The notes under the pieces: model-generated
Database searches by the model: none
Told to the model about the DNA's origin: nothing
What the model saw: only the letters and a program-made list of their open reading frames with translations
From: Sphaerodactylus townsendi
Taxonomy: Eukaryota
DNA: 64,000 bases
Direction of reading: 5' to 3'
NCBI RefSeq assembly: GCF_021028975.2
Contig: NC_059438.1
Span: 2,976,001-3,040,000 of the forward strand
Shown: in pieces, positions 12,101 to 23,058 of the stretch
Position numbering within the stretch: position 1 is the stretch's first letter
How the letters are laid out: each line of letters opens with the position of its first letter
Made by a program: the position numbers and the translations under genes

Positions 12101-13189
12101 TTTAATTGACAGTTGCCTTCAGCATTCCATATCTCCTAGAGCATGTTCAGTTCTCATCAAGATACTTCTGTGTGTGTACGGGGGTGTACTTTTTGTTACT
12201 ATTTGCAAAGTAATATTGTTCTGCATACTGTAGCAAGGTCCCGAACATATGGAAGCCTTTGCCCTTTCTGGTAGAAAACTTTCACTGTCTTCATGACAGG
12301 TTTAATAATAGAAAGAATAAAGTTGAGAGCTGTGAGGAATCATAAGAGATTATATATTATGTGGAAATTTACCCATTCCCACATTACACGTGCAAAGTTT
12401 CTATAACCTGTGAGGGGTTTTAGCAGGCATCCTAACTCCTTTTCCTTTTCCTTTTTTTTTTTTGACTGGCTTTCAACTGCTTGCAAGAGGTCCAGTTGTC
12501 TACATCAGACCATTTTTGTTTATGTTTCCTTTGGTTAATTTACAGCGCCTTTTTTTCTGCATACCAGGAAAATCCAAGAAACATCTAAAAACTCCTTGTC
12601 AGTGGGTTTCCTGCCAGAAGACCTAACTGCCCATTTTTTAAAAAAATGGTGACATCTGCTGCTTCATTACATCACTTCCAAGTTTAGGGTAGCTCTAGGA
12701 ATCGCCGGAAACTCAATGGTTTTCCCTGGAAGTGAAGTAGGAACACGAACAACATTATGCCCTGATCATGTCTCCTCCTGTTGTTCCCTATGGGTGTCCT
12801 GGTTTTGGTACTTTGCACACTCACTGCTATTAGGTATAGGGAAGAGAAACAGGTAGAATCACAGATGGGAAACAATTTCAATTTGCCTTCAACCACAATA
12901 TCTTCCCCTCCAGCATTCGGTTGGCTCTTTGGAGTATCAGCAGGTTAATCTCTCCACTCACTTACCAAGAAGGCTCCCTGCTGAAAAGCAAATATCCATT
13001 TTTTTGTCTGACCAGAATCTGCATATAAGCATAAGCATAAGGATTTTATTGTCATTGTGCACGCACAACGAAATTTACAGCAGCATTCCTCGATGCACAC
13101 AATTTCAGACTCATACCCCATCCTCACTTTCCCCTTCCTCCACACATCCCTACACAGCCCCAAACACATCAACACGAAGCCGCAGAGTT

Positions 13190-13447
13190 TAGCATCGCCA
13201 CAGCTCTAGAGTAGAAGCTGTCTCTAAGCCTCTTTGTCCTAGTTTTGATAGACCTGTTTTGATATAACCTAGTTTGGATAGACCTGTTTTGATATAACCA
13301 GTAAAGTTACTAGATTTCTCCTCATAGCCATGAAGGTTTAAGGCCATAGGGCAGAACATTTGTTACTAACAATATCAGTCATATTATTATGTCTCTTATC
13401 TTTTTTGTACTGGATTCATGTCAATAAAGGTCAACTGACTGACTGAC
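13190..13447 (+). mobile_element. Probable LINE 3' end with (GACT)n tail
   Basis: AATAAAGGTCAACTGACTGACTGAC terminus; internal 30-bp tandem duplication. Confidence 0.45.
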
Positions 13448-15479
13448 ACTCTCTTACGCTTTAACTAACACTCAGAGGCACTGAAAATACTAAGCTCTTA
13501 GTCCCCATCAAGTCAAGGATCTGGGGAAGGTGGGGTGGATTCCCCCCCCCCCACACACACACACACGCCACCTATCTGAAGAGCCCCTGGAGTCTAGAGT
13601 GGGGAAAATAATCTTGTGTGTGGATAGCCCTATTGTGCTGTTTTCATGATTGCCACAGAAGCTAGCCACTTAATTTTAACAAATAGCGATTAAAGAAAAT
13701 GATTCCAAAACACATCTTTAATTGGTTATTTTAGAGAGATTTCATAACACTGACTATTGTTGGCATGGTTTTAAAAAGTGGCATTATGTTCCTTGATAAA
13801 AGGAATCATGCAACCTGAATGATAAACCACTAATTGCCCTTATCTATCACCTGTAATACCTTTTCTCCATCTAAAAAGCAGAAGAGGGATAACCAACCTC
13901 ACTAATAGCAGCTCTTTCTGTCACTTCGGCTATGTCTAAACCTTGTTTCTATTTTTTCCCCTTCAAATCCTACAAACCACAAAGGACCACCTGAGGTTTT
14001 ATAATCTCCTAGAACGGCAGACTAGGAGGCAACTTCACTTATCTCTCCAAATATTTCTTCCTGCTAAAATGATTTGTTGTGGCATTTGACTGAAGTTAGT
14101 CTCGATAGAGATTTTCAATGGGCCATCTCATCTCCACCTAGATTTATTTTTAAATCCTGACGTGCTCAAAAAAAGTTTGTTCCCTTTTAGAGGTGAATAA
14201 AATTCCAGTTCTCTCTCTCTCTTTCTCTGTCACACCCCCCCACACCCCCACACTCCCCCCCCACACACAGAGTGGTTGAGTTACATGCTGAGTTTCAATT
14301 ATTTCAAAATTATGATTAGTTGATAAAATTCCTTATTGCCTCAGATCTTTAGATGTACAATATGATGTGGGAAAACTGTGTTCCATTTTGTTTTATGGTC
14401 CAATCCCTCGTTCACACATCCACATACAACACTTCTCAAAATTTGGGTTTACATGATGCATATTGACCATTTGTTGATTTCTCTATATTCATTATATTAG
14501 ATGCATGGCAGCTGAAGGCTTGAACAGAAGGCAGGAAGATCATTTCTCCTATTCAGAAAATTCAAATTGTTGGCTTAATCAGCCTCAATTTGCCTCAGGG
14601 TAGTGTGGGCAAAAGAAAGGCAGTTTGCTGTTCAAAATTAGCACATTTGCTGCATTATCAGTATTCTAAAGCTCAAAATTCATGTCCTTTTAAATATATT
14701 TTTCTGTTCAAAGAGGACATTTGTGGTGGCTAACAGATGTAAATTGTCCTATTATAATGAAGACATCAGATTGTTAACCATTCATTAACAAACAGGACCA
14801 AGTTTCAAGTACTTTTTTTGTGGGAAGGTAACTTGGGGATGGGGCTGAACAAATGGAAAAAAACTCCCTCAATGGCAAATTGCCCCCAAGTGAAAGGCAG
14901 TACTGGGTTGCAATTCCTTTTCAAGGATTGAAAAATAATTTAACTAGGTAGAATTCTTTAGTTATGAACTTAGAGGGTGGCTTCCTGTTTCATGAATATT
15001 TTTTATACACACACACACACACACACACAGTTGAAGAGGCCTTTTAGCTCCCATTTCTTGAAACAAGTATTTAAGAAAATAAAATATATTCATAGAATGA
15101 TCAGGTGTTCCTTCTTCCACAGCTGAGGATAGGGATGGAAAGGGTGTGCATGTATGTATATGAATATACATATATGAATTTGAACAGGCTTTGAGAGTTA
15201 CCCTATTAGGGTAGTCCATTGACCTTCCAGTCCCCAGGAAAACCATACCTCCATCATACATGGCCAGGCCTCAAATACATGATCGAGGTATGGTTTCCTT
15301 ATTGTTGTTGAAAGCTCCTCTATTATACATCTCTATGATGGAGCTATTTCTTTGCTGCTACCCTTGAGAGATGGCCAGACAATGGAGAAGAAAGGAATAT
15401 GGCTGGAGAAGACATTTACAAGACCTGTTATTTAGATAACTGGACTTGTATTCTGACCATGTGGGAAAAGAGCATGCTT

Positions 15480-15900
15480 TATATTTGCATTTGTTCCCTT
15501 GAAAAGTCAATAAAACTTCACTAGCAACAAAGAGACCTCCAACATTTCCTATGGATAAGACAACACTAGAGTCATCAGTTTGAAAATGGGACACGAGGAA
15601 AGCGTTTTTAAACTTGGTATACTAGCCGCAGAAAGCATTCTTAGCATATAATGGTTGGAATTAAAAGGGAGACCGTGACATATTGCACTTAATAAAAAAT
15701 TTAAAAGTGAACATAAATGGACTGATCTCTGGAGGGTATATAAACAATTACAAGCAGTAAGGGGAAAATAGATATCCCTGTATAAGTTCAAATGCAAATT
15801 AAACAATGAGGGAAATAAGGCAGCTAAGCTGCTAGCTTGAAAAATAGTAAAAATAATAAGGCAAATTATACATAAGAAGCATAAGAGACAAAGATAATTA
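15480..15900 (+). mobile_element. Degenerate L1 ORF2 fragment (endonuclease-RT linker)
   Basis: AATGAGGGAAATAAGGCAGCTAAGCTGCTAGCT reads NEGNKAAKLLA, like the ExGNKxxKLLA linker motif; A-rich; contains stops. Confidence 0.5.
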
Positions 15901-16342
15901 TTTATACTTTGAGAAGAATAGCATTTCAGGGCCTCTTCGTCATATCTGTAGTTCTCACAGCGCAATGAATACTCAGAAATAAATCCAATTTAATTCAGTA
16001 GGACTTGCTGTCTAGTAAGTATGCTTAGGACCGGAGCCTCACATAACTCTAAAACCTCCTTTTAATGTTTAAAAATAACCAAGAATGACTGAGATCAGCC
16101 GAGTAAAGGGAAAGAGAATTATATGAGGCTACAAAAAGGATTCAAATTTAATATGTGCCCAGATGTGGACAGTCTGCTGGGGGAATATTGTATTTAAAAA
16201 AAATCCCTACACCAAACTTCGCAACGTGCAGTTCATATGCAATTCAAGACACTAAATCAAACTTATGGAATGAACACTGGATGTTGCTCAGCATGTACAT
16301 GCAAAACAAAGGTCCAGAATACCCAGATTTTTGCAGATTAAC

Positions 16343-16555
16343 CAGAGACGTATCTAGGGAAAATATAGCCCGGTGCAAAATCTGAGTTTTCTGGCCCCCC
16401 TCCCCATATGGGTGACTGCCCTGCCCCACCACGACCAAACAACTTTTTTTCCACTAGGTCTTGAAGTCAGTGTATGGACCCAGGGCGGGGGGAGGAGGAG
16501 GGGTGTGAGGGTGATTTTCCACACCCACATGACTAACTGGTCACAGCCTGGGGAC
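16343..16555 (+). mobile_element. 5' fragment of a hAT-type element related to 57816
   Basis: The first ~120 bp align with 57816-57930 (GCAAAA..TGAGTTT, GACCAAACAA, TTTTTTTCCAC.AGGTC). Confidence 0.65.
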
Positions 16556-16559
16556 ATTT

Positions 16560-16610
<51 letters not shown>

Positions 16611-16613
<3 letters not shown>

Positions 16614-16872
16614 ATAAGAACATAAGAACAAGCCAGCTGGATCAGACCAGAGTCCATTTAGTCCAGCTCTCTGCTACTCACAGTAGCCCACCAGGTGCCT
16701 TTGGGAGCTCATATGCAGGATATGAAAGCAATGGCCTTCTGCGGCTGTTGCTCCCGAGCACCTGGTCTGTTAAGGCATTTGCAATCTCAGATCAAAGAGG
16801 ATCAAGATTGGTAGCCATAAATCGACTTCTCCTCCATAAATCTGCCCAAGCCCCTTTTAAAGCTATCCAGGT
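16611..16872 (-). mobile_element. CR1 LINE 3' end within a (GA)n microsatellite
   Basis: Reverse complement of 34947-35207 including the (TTCTTATG)n tail; GA repeats on both sides. Confidence 0.92.
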
Positions 16873-17112
16873 GAGAGAGAGAGAGAGAGAAGTCCCTTGC
16901 TGGATTATCACTCTTATGCCTGGATTGTCTCACTACGGAGATATAGTTGGGATATGACTTGATAAATAAGCAGCACACATTACAGCCAATATGTTGTATA
17001 ATGCGGTTGTTGATGCACTACACTATCACCCACCCCCCACCAAAAAAATAACTGGAGAGAACAATTCCCACCCTCCATGGGCAAGGTCAGATAATTAAAA
17101 TTATCCAGTTGA

Positions 17113-17310
17113 TGACTTGGATAGCTCAGGATAGCAGGTCTTGTCAGATTTTGGAAGCTATGCCAGGTCAATCCTGGTTAGTATTTGGATGGGAGACCAC
17201 CAAGGAATATGAAAATCATACTGCAGAGAGGGGCAATGGCAAACTATCTCTGTTAGTTTCTTGTCTCGAAAACCCTATGAGGTTGCCATAAGTTGAGTGT
17301 GATTTGATGG
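17113..17310 (+). mobile_element. 5S rRNA-derived SINE (5S-Sauria type)
   Basis: GGAAGCTATGCCAGGTCAATCCTGGTTAGTATTTGGATGGGAGACC is 5S-like; tail GGCAATGGCAAAC...GAAAACCCTATGAGGTTGCCATAAG. Confidence 0.8.
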
Positions 17311-17421
17311 GGGAAAAAGTTTGATGAGCACAGAATCACTCCCAGTTCACTTTGGACCTTCACAGTTGGACTGCATCCTTTACATTACCAGCAATGGGTA
17401 GTAGCACATACTTATGGGTAG

Positions 17422-17424
<3 letters not shown>

Positions 17425-17481
<57 letters not shown>
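17425..17481. repeat. (CA)n microsatellite
   Basis: Read directly. Confidence 0.98.
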
Positions 17482-18240
17482 ATTAAATATGTATAAAAAC
17501 TACTTAAATACTGTATATGGAAAAGAAAATTGAAGGCATCTGCAAAAGCAATAGTGAAGAACCCAGAGCTGACAAAAATCTGACAAATATAAAAAGAAAC
17601 AAAACAGAGAAATCCATTTACCCTTTTTAACACAAGCCAAAAATATGTGGCAACTCATCAGACAATAACTAACCTGAGAGGCAGTGTGCAACACTTTTAA
17701 GAATCCCTGATCTCAGGTCATGAGACCTCTGTCCATTTAAAAAATGCTTAACCATATCGGTGTTTTATTTATTTGCTTGCCTCAGCAGCTCTCGTCTCCC
17801 TCCCCAGATCATTATATTAAGTATGGCCAAGGACAACTGTAGACATGCTTTTGAATGCAGCCCTTTGATTTTAATGGGGCGGCAGGTCATGGCAACCATT
17901 TGGCTTCCTTTGTACTTTCCAGCAAAAAAGGAACGACTCATAATGCATCCAAATTAAGGGCCTCCTCTTTGTGTTAAACCTCCTGTTTTTAACCGCTATG
18001 AACAACAAACAGGTTTCTCATTAGGCTATGGTGGTTGTCAAAGCCTGTTTGGAAAAGGAACAGCAACAGCACCACTTAAAGGAATAATAGAACCGGCAGG
18101 GGGCCTGGGACAGTGAATGGCATCCCTTGGAATCCACTGTAGACATTGAAAAGCAAAAGTTCTTTACATTAGCACTGAGCTTTATCTTCTGGGAACCTGG
18201 CAGCTGAAATGCACATAATGATGCAAGAAACTTATGCCAA

Positions 18241-18241
<1 letters not shown>

Positions 18242-18312
<71 letters not shown>
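18242..18312. repeat. (CA)n microsatellite
   Basis: Read directly. Confidence 0.98.
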
Positions 18313-18313
<1 letters not shown>

Positions 18314-18452
18314 GTATCTTCCCCTAATATGTTATTTTAAATGGTAGGAGATCATCCAAGTATTTCATTGTTTAAAGATTTTAAAAAGAGTTGCAAAACA
18401 AGACCCAAGGAAAAGAAGAGTATCAGGACAACAGATTTTCCACTCAAATAAA

Positions 18453-18456
<4 letters not shown>

Positions 18457-18501
<45 letters not shown>
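18457..18501. repeat. (TC)n microsatellite
   Basis: Read directly. Confidence 0.98.
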
Positions 18502-18504
<3 letters not shown>

Positions 18505-18619
18505 TCTCAAAAAGATTATAATGAGAAACACTGAGTATGGTTTGGGCTTAAAAATAGTCAGGTAATGAGGTAGAAGCATGCTTTACACACAAACCACACA
18601 CAACTGGTGGAGAAACTAA

Positions 18620-19143
18620 GGCTGTTTCCGCACGGGCGGAATATGGCGGCCTGGGGACGGCAAAAACGCCGTCACCAGGCCGCCGTTCACACAAGGGCGC
18701 AGCTGCTTTGCAGCTGCGCCGCCCTTGCGCCGCCTGCCCGACGCCGAGCCGGCGTTTTCAGAGTGTGCTGGGAAGCGCACTTTTCTGAAAACGCCGGCTG
18801 GAAGCCGCTGCCGTGCGAACGGAAGCAGCTTCCTGGCGCTTCCCCCCCACACTCCCTGCCTTCACTCACCTGCTCCCCAGCCCTCCGGTGCATCGCCAGG
18901 GCCTGGGGACACGCCCCCCTGCTCTGCGACATGGAAGCAGGCGCACAGGGCAGGGGAGGCGTGTCCCCAGGCCCCGGCGACGCGCCGGAGGGCCGGAGAG
19001 CAGGTGAGTCGACCGGGCGATGGCGCCCAGTGGCGCCGTCTTCCCAGTTCTTTCTGGGACCGTCCATGCGGACGGTCCCAGCGTCATCGGGTCGGCGTCA
19101 GAAACACCAACCCAAGCCCTTCCGCCTCTGTGCGAAAAGGGCC
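18620..19143. mobile_element. GC-rich PIF/Harbinger-type MITE, family B
   Basis: GGCTGTTTCCGCAC...GTGCGAAAAGGGCC; TSD TAA; central hairpin ~18863-19010; homologous to 60037-60585. Confidence 0.9.
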
Positions 19144-19161
19144 TAAGTTTTTGAAGCTTAC

Positions 19162-19370
19162 TGGCTACCAATCTTGATCCTCTTTGATCTGAGATTGCAA
19201 ATGCCTTAGCACACCAGGTGCTCTGGAGCAGCAGCAGCAGAAGGCCATTGCTTTCACATCCTGCATGAGAGCTCCCAAAGGCACCTGGTGGGCCACTGCG
19301 AGTAGCAGAATGCTGGACTAGATGGACTCTGGTCTGATCCAGCTGGCTCGTTCTTATGTTCTTGTTCTTA
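19162..19370 (+). mobile_element. CR1 LINE 3' UTR fragment
   Basis: TGGCTACCAATCTTGATCC...GTTCTTATGTTCTT matches the 3' end of the 34580 copy. Confidence 0.92.
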
Positions 19371-20392
19371 CTAAATGAGCGAGATTTTCTAAAAAAAACC
19401 CCACCATTTTGCACCCGGTGCCGAATGAACGGCACCAGGTGGGAGGTGCTGCTTTTAGGCCACACCTTTTTTTCTTTTCAACTTCCCTTCTCTTCCCTAC
19501 ACAGCTCCACAGGGACGAGAGGACAGCCTCCTGCCCTCTGACTCCCGAGGCACTGCCATGACCATGGGGGCATGTCCCCTCGTCCCTGTGTACCTGTACA
19601 GGGAAGAGAAAGTACATTTAAAAACAAAAAGGACACGCCTCTGTGTGAAGGCATCTCTGCGAGCCCCAGCAGCTCTGGGGTCACCTGCAAGGAAACGTGC
19701 AAATGGCCCCAGGATGCTCCCTCCGCCCCCTCAGAATGCTCCCTCCGCCCCCTCAGTGAACTGCTTTGCTAAATAAAGCACTTCATTTGTTTGCTTGTTT
19801 AGTTGAAGGCCACAAAAACACCTTGTGCTAGGGAATGCTCCTTCCACAAGAGCAACATACCTCTATCGAATGGAACGAATCCATGGCAATCAACCCATTC
19901 TAATGAATTTTTTGTAAATGTTCTTCATGCACTAAATTTATCAGCACCGCTCAGTTCTTTTTTGTATGGTGACTTATCACTTTCCTTTCCCCTTTGCTCC
20001 TCAGTGGTAACACCTGTAGATTCCTGCAGAAGTACTTGATAGTTGGAATGCAAAGTTTGCCCTGCACTCTGCAGAGGACATGTGAAGCCATCCCTTTTAT
20101 TTGGGTAGGGGATATATTTCAAGTCATGGAGGAAAGGCTGTTGTTTTCAGGGCAATTAAGTACAAAAATGGAAAGGCAATGTTCTGCAGTGGTAATTGCC
20201 TATTGTTCTGCATTTAAAAGCATCATCCATTACTATTTGATGACCCGCTTTACTGCTCTTATTTGCATTTGGCAGTGGCAAAATCAGTCGGGCTCCGTTT
20301 TGTTTTTTGGTGGGGCGGGCGGTGAGCTGTAATCCCGTGTGGTAAAGAATTGCAAATAATGGTGCAGTTAAGAAAGAGTTTATTTAGATAGT

Positions 20393-20472
20393 TTTAGAGG
20401 GTAGCCTTGTTGGTCTGCAGTAGAAAGGTTAGATCTGAGCCCAGGAGCACCATAGAGAACAACAAGATTTTA
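20393..20472. mobile_element. Penelope-like element terminal fragment
   Basis: GAGGGTAGCCTTGTTGGTCTGCAGTAGAA...GCACCATAGAGAACAACAAGATTTT resembles reptilian PLE pseudo-LTR ends (recalled, not searched). Confidence 0.55.
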
Positions 20473-22770
20473 GAGGAGAGGTCAACAGCCTCTTGGTGGT
20501 GCCTGAGAAAAAGAAGCTGGGTTGTGGTGGTTGGGATGGCTGCTATAGTTATTTATGAAACCTGGAAGGATTGTCCTGAATTCTGACTGTAACACCCTTT
20601 ACCACCTGGAAGGATTGTCCTGAATTCTGACTGTAACACCCTTTACCACTGGTGAGAGATAGGATGGGTGAAGTCTATTTATTTCATGTTGGTACATAGA
20701 CAGTACAAAATGGAAAAAAAAATATAACTCACCTATCTCTCACCATAAGAAATGAGGAAGATCCTTCCAGGTGGTAAAGGGAATATTTCTGAATAACTGG
20801 AAAGTTTGGGAGTCAGATTTGGGTTAGATCCAGACAACTTTCTTGCTCAGTATCATGCAATTCCCCTTCTTACTACAAACCTTGTCCCTTATGACTTGAT
20901 CCATGCAGATACCACAATACCCAGAATAGCCTTTTCGATGATCAGAGGAGATCCTTTCCTCTCTTTTTTCTTAGTGGAAAAACTGGTTGGATCCCAATCA
21001 CCATCCATATACTTGCTGTATCATAATGAGTATATCTAAAAAAATACAGCTGAAATTATCAGTGAGCCCCACAAGCTCAGTACTGGATAGTTTACCTCCA
21101 GATGCCAGCACTGTATCTATCTGTATTTGACATTCTTCCCAGTGAGATACTGTCCATTATTAACATCAATGGAGTCAAAAGGTGTAAGTAACATGATAGA
21201 AAAAGCTCTGAGTTATACAAACTTAACTAATTGTAATGGATGCTGGTGGGGATTCAATTTGTTGAAAATATGCAGCAAGTGGAAAAGCTGAGCTTCTTGG
21301 CTGTGTCTGATTAATATTTCCAGCCACTTATTTTTGGATACTTTCTTCCTATTCTCTTTCTTCTCTCTCTCTCTTTCCCCCAATCTAAATATTTTAACTT
21401 TTTTCCTGAAGGCAGTATGAGGTCCACAGGAGGAAGTCTTGAGCTTTCATCTTGATTTATAGAGATTATGATAAAAGTTTAGTTTCACAGCTTGCTGTCC
21501 ATTTCTCTGCAAGATTGCTGCCTACAGCATATGTTCAAAGACAGGTTACCCAGAGCTGAATGCTGCTTTATGTCTGTAAACAGAGTCCTCCATAGAAAGA
21601 TAGCAGATTTGGGCTCCAACCTGTGTCTAGAATGGAGAGGTAGGGAAGACGAAGGCAACATTAGCTAAAGCGGCAATCTCAAGAAATATGGGAATATGCC
21701 CCACTGAATTAAATGGGATTTAGGATTGCTGTCCATATAGTATTAGGAAACTTTCTTATCAAGCTTAACAGGAAGAAAAGTTCACCAACACATCATCTTG
21801 GAAGATAGCAATGATGTTTTGTTAGACACAGGACTGTGTAAAACAACATCATTCAAAGTTGGTCAACTCAAAATCCCACCCAGGCCCATACAAAGAGGTT
21901 TACTCTCACGAAATAATTGTGGTCTAAGTCATTCTGAATCTACCATTGCGTAACATCTTGGATAGGTGGTTCTCCACCTGACTTCCCCACAGAATTTCCT
22001 TGTCTCTGGAAAGCTGTAGTGTTAGATGTTATATTTTAGAAATATTTCCTTATATTTAACTAGCAGAATTATCCTAAAATCACATGACCTCAATTTCAAG
22101 CTTAGTCTAGGTTGAACAGTAGCTCATAAAGTTTAATGACTCCATCAAAGCTGAAAAGTAAGATGGACTTCACTTTTCAAATCCTTCTTGTTTCAACCCC
22201 TGATTTTTTGATACTGCACATTCTTTTTATGAACATTGAAACCATGATTTATTATTGTCACATCAGTTTGTTTCCTTATTTCTTTTCTGTAAAATGCAGG
22301 GTGGGGGGTGGGGTGGGGGTTTGCACCATGAAATCTTCCTCTATCTTCATAGGGCCTTCTGAAAACTTACCCCAGTTTTCCCCCTCTTCTCAGCTACTCT
22401 CAGCGCTTTACATCTTCCGAAACACATTCAGTCCTCCGTGTTTTATAGAGTGCTTTTTCTTTTTTTATCTGGATTTACTTACAAAGTTGTTTCAGTTTCT
22501 ATCATTCCTTGCCCTGCCTAGTTAGGAAGTTACAGTGCAATTCTAACCAGAGCACTAACTTCTAAATCCATTGATTGGATTGGATTCAGACTAGATTTTC
22601 TATCAAAGGAAGCGGAGGTGTAATTTCTGCTTAGGGCTTCACGGGGAACTTGGCTAATACTTAGCTTTTTCTTCATAATTTCTTTTTCTCTCTGTGCCAC
22701 TCTCTTGTAGTCTTTGGAAACTCCCAGCCACCTCCTTACCATGACCACCATCTACAATGCACAAATATTC

Positions 22771-23058
22771 TGGTATAGTGGTTAAGAGCAGTGTACTCTA
22801 ATCTGAAGGACCAGGTTTGAATCCCTACTCCTCCATATGAGCACCGTCATATCTACTGAACCAGGTTTGTTCCCTATTCCTACGCATAAAGCCTGCCGGG
22901 TGACCTTGGGATAGTCACAGTTCTCTCAGAACTTGCTCAGTCCCACCTATCTCACAAGGTGTCTGTTGAAGGAAGGCAAAGGGAAGGAGTTTGTAAGTCA
23001 CTTTGAGCCTCCATATGGTTGAGAACAGTGGGATATAATTCCAAACCTTTCTCTTCTT
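22771..23058 (+). mobile_element. Squam3-type tRNA-derived SINE
   Basis: A box TGGTATAGTGGTTAAGAGC, B-box-like GGTTTGAATCCC, core GGGTGACCTTGGG, CT-rich tail. Confidence 0.85.

Noticed and set aside
17113-17200. 5S rRNA gene, and tRNA genes at Squam3 heads
   Set aside because: Degenerate and fused to SINE bodies and tails.
18607-19465. Long overlapping ORFs of 126-199 aa; similar ones at 8434, 56565 and 60057
   Set aside because: They overlap GC-rich MITEs, where stop codons are rare in all frames; no recognisable domain.
20393-20520. Hammerhead ribozyme expected in a Penelope-like terminus
   Set aside because: The fragment stops before any CUGANGA/GAAA core; none found.
22299-22319. G-quadruplex-capable G tracts
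   Set aside because: Common low-complexity motif with no supporting context.
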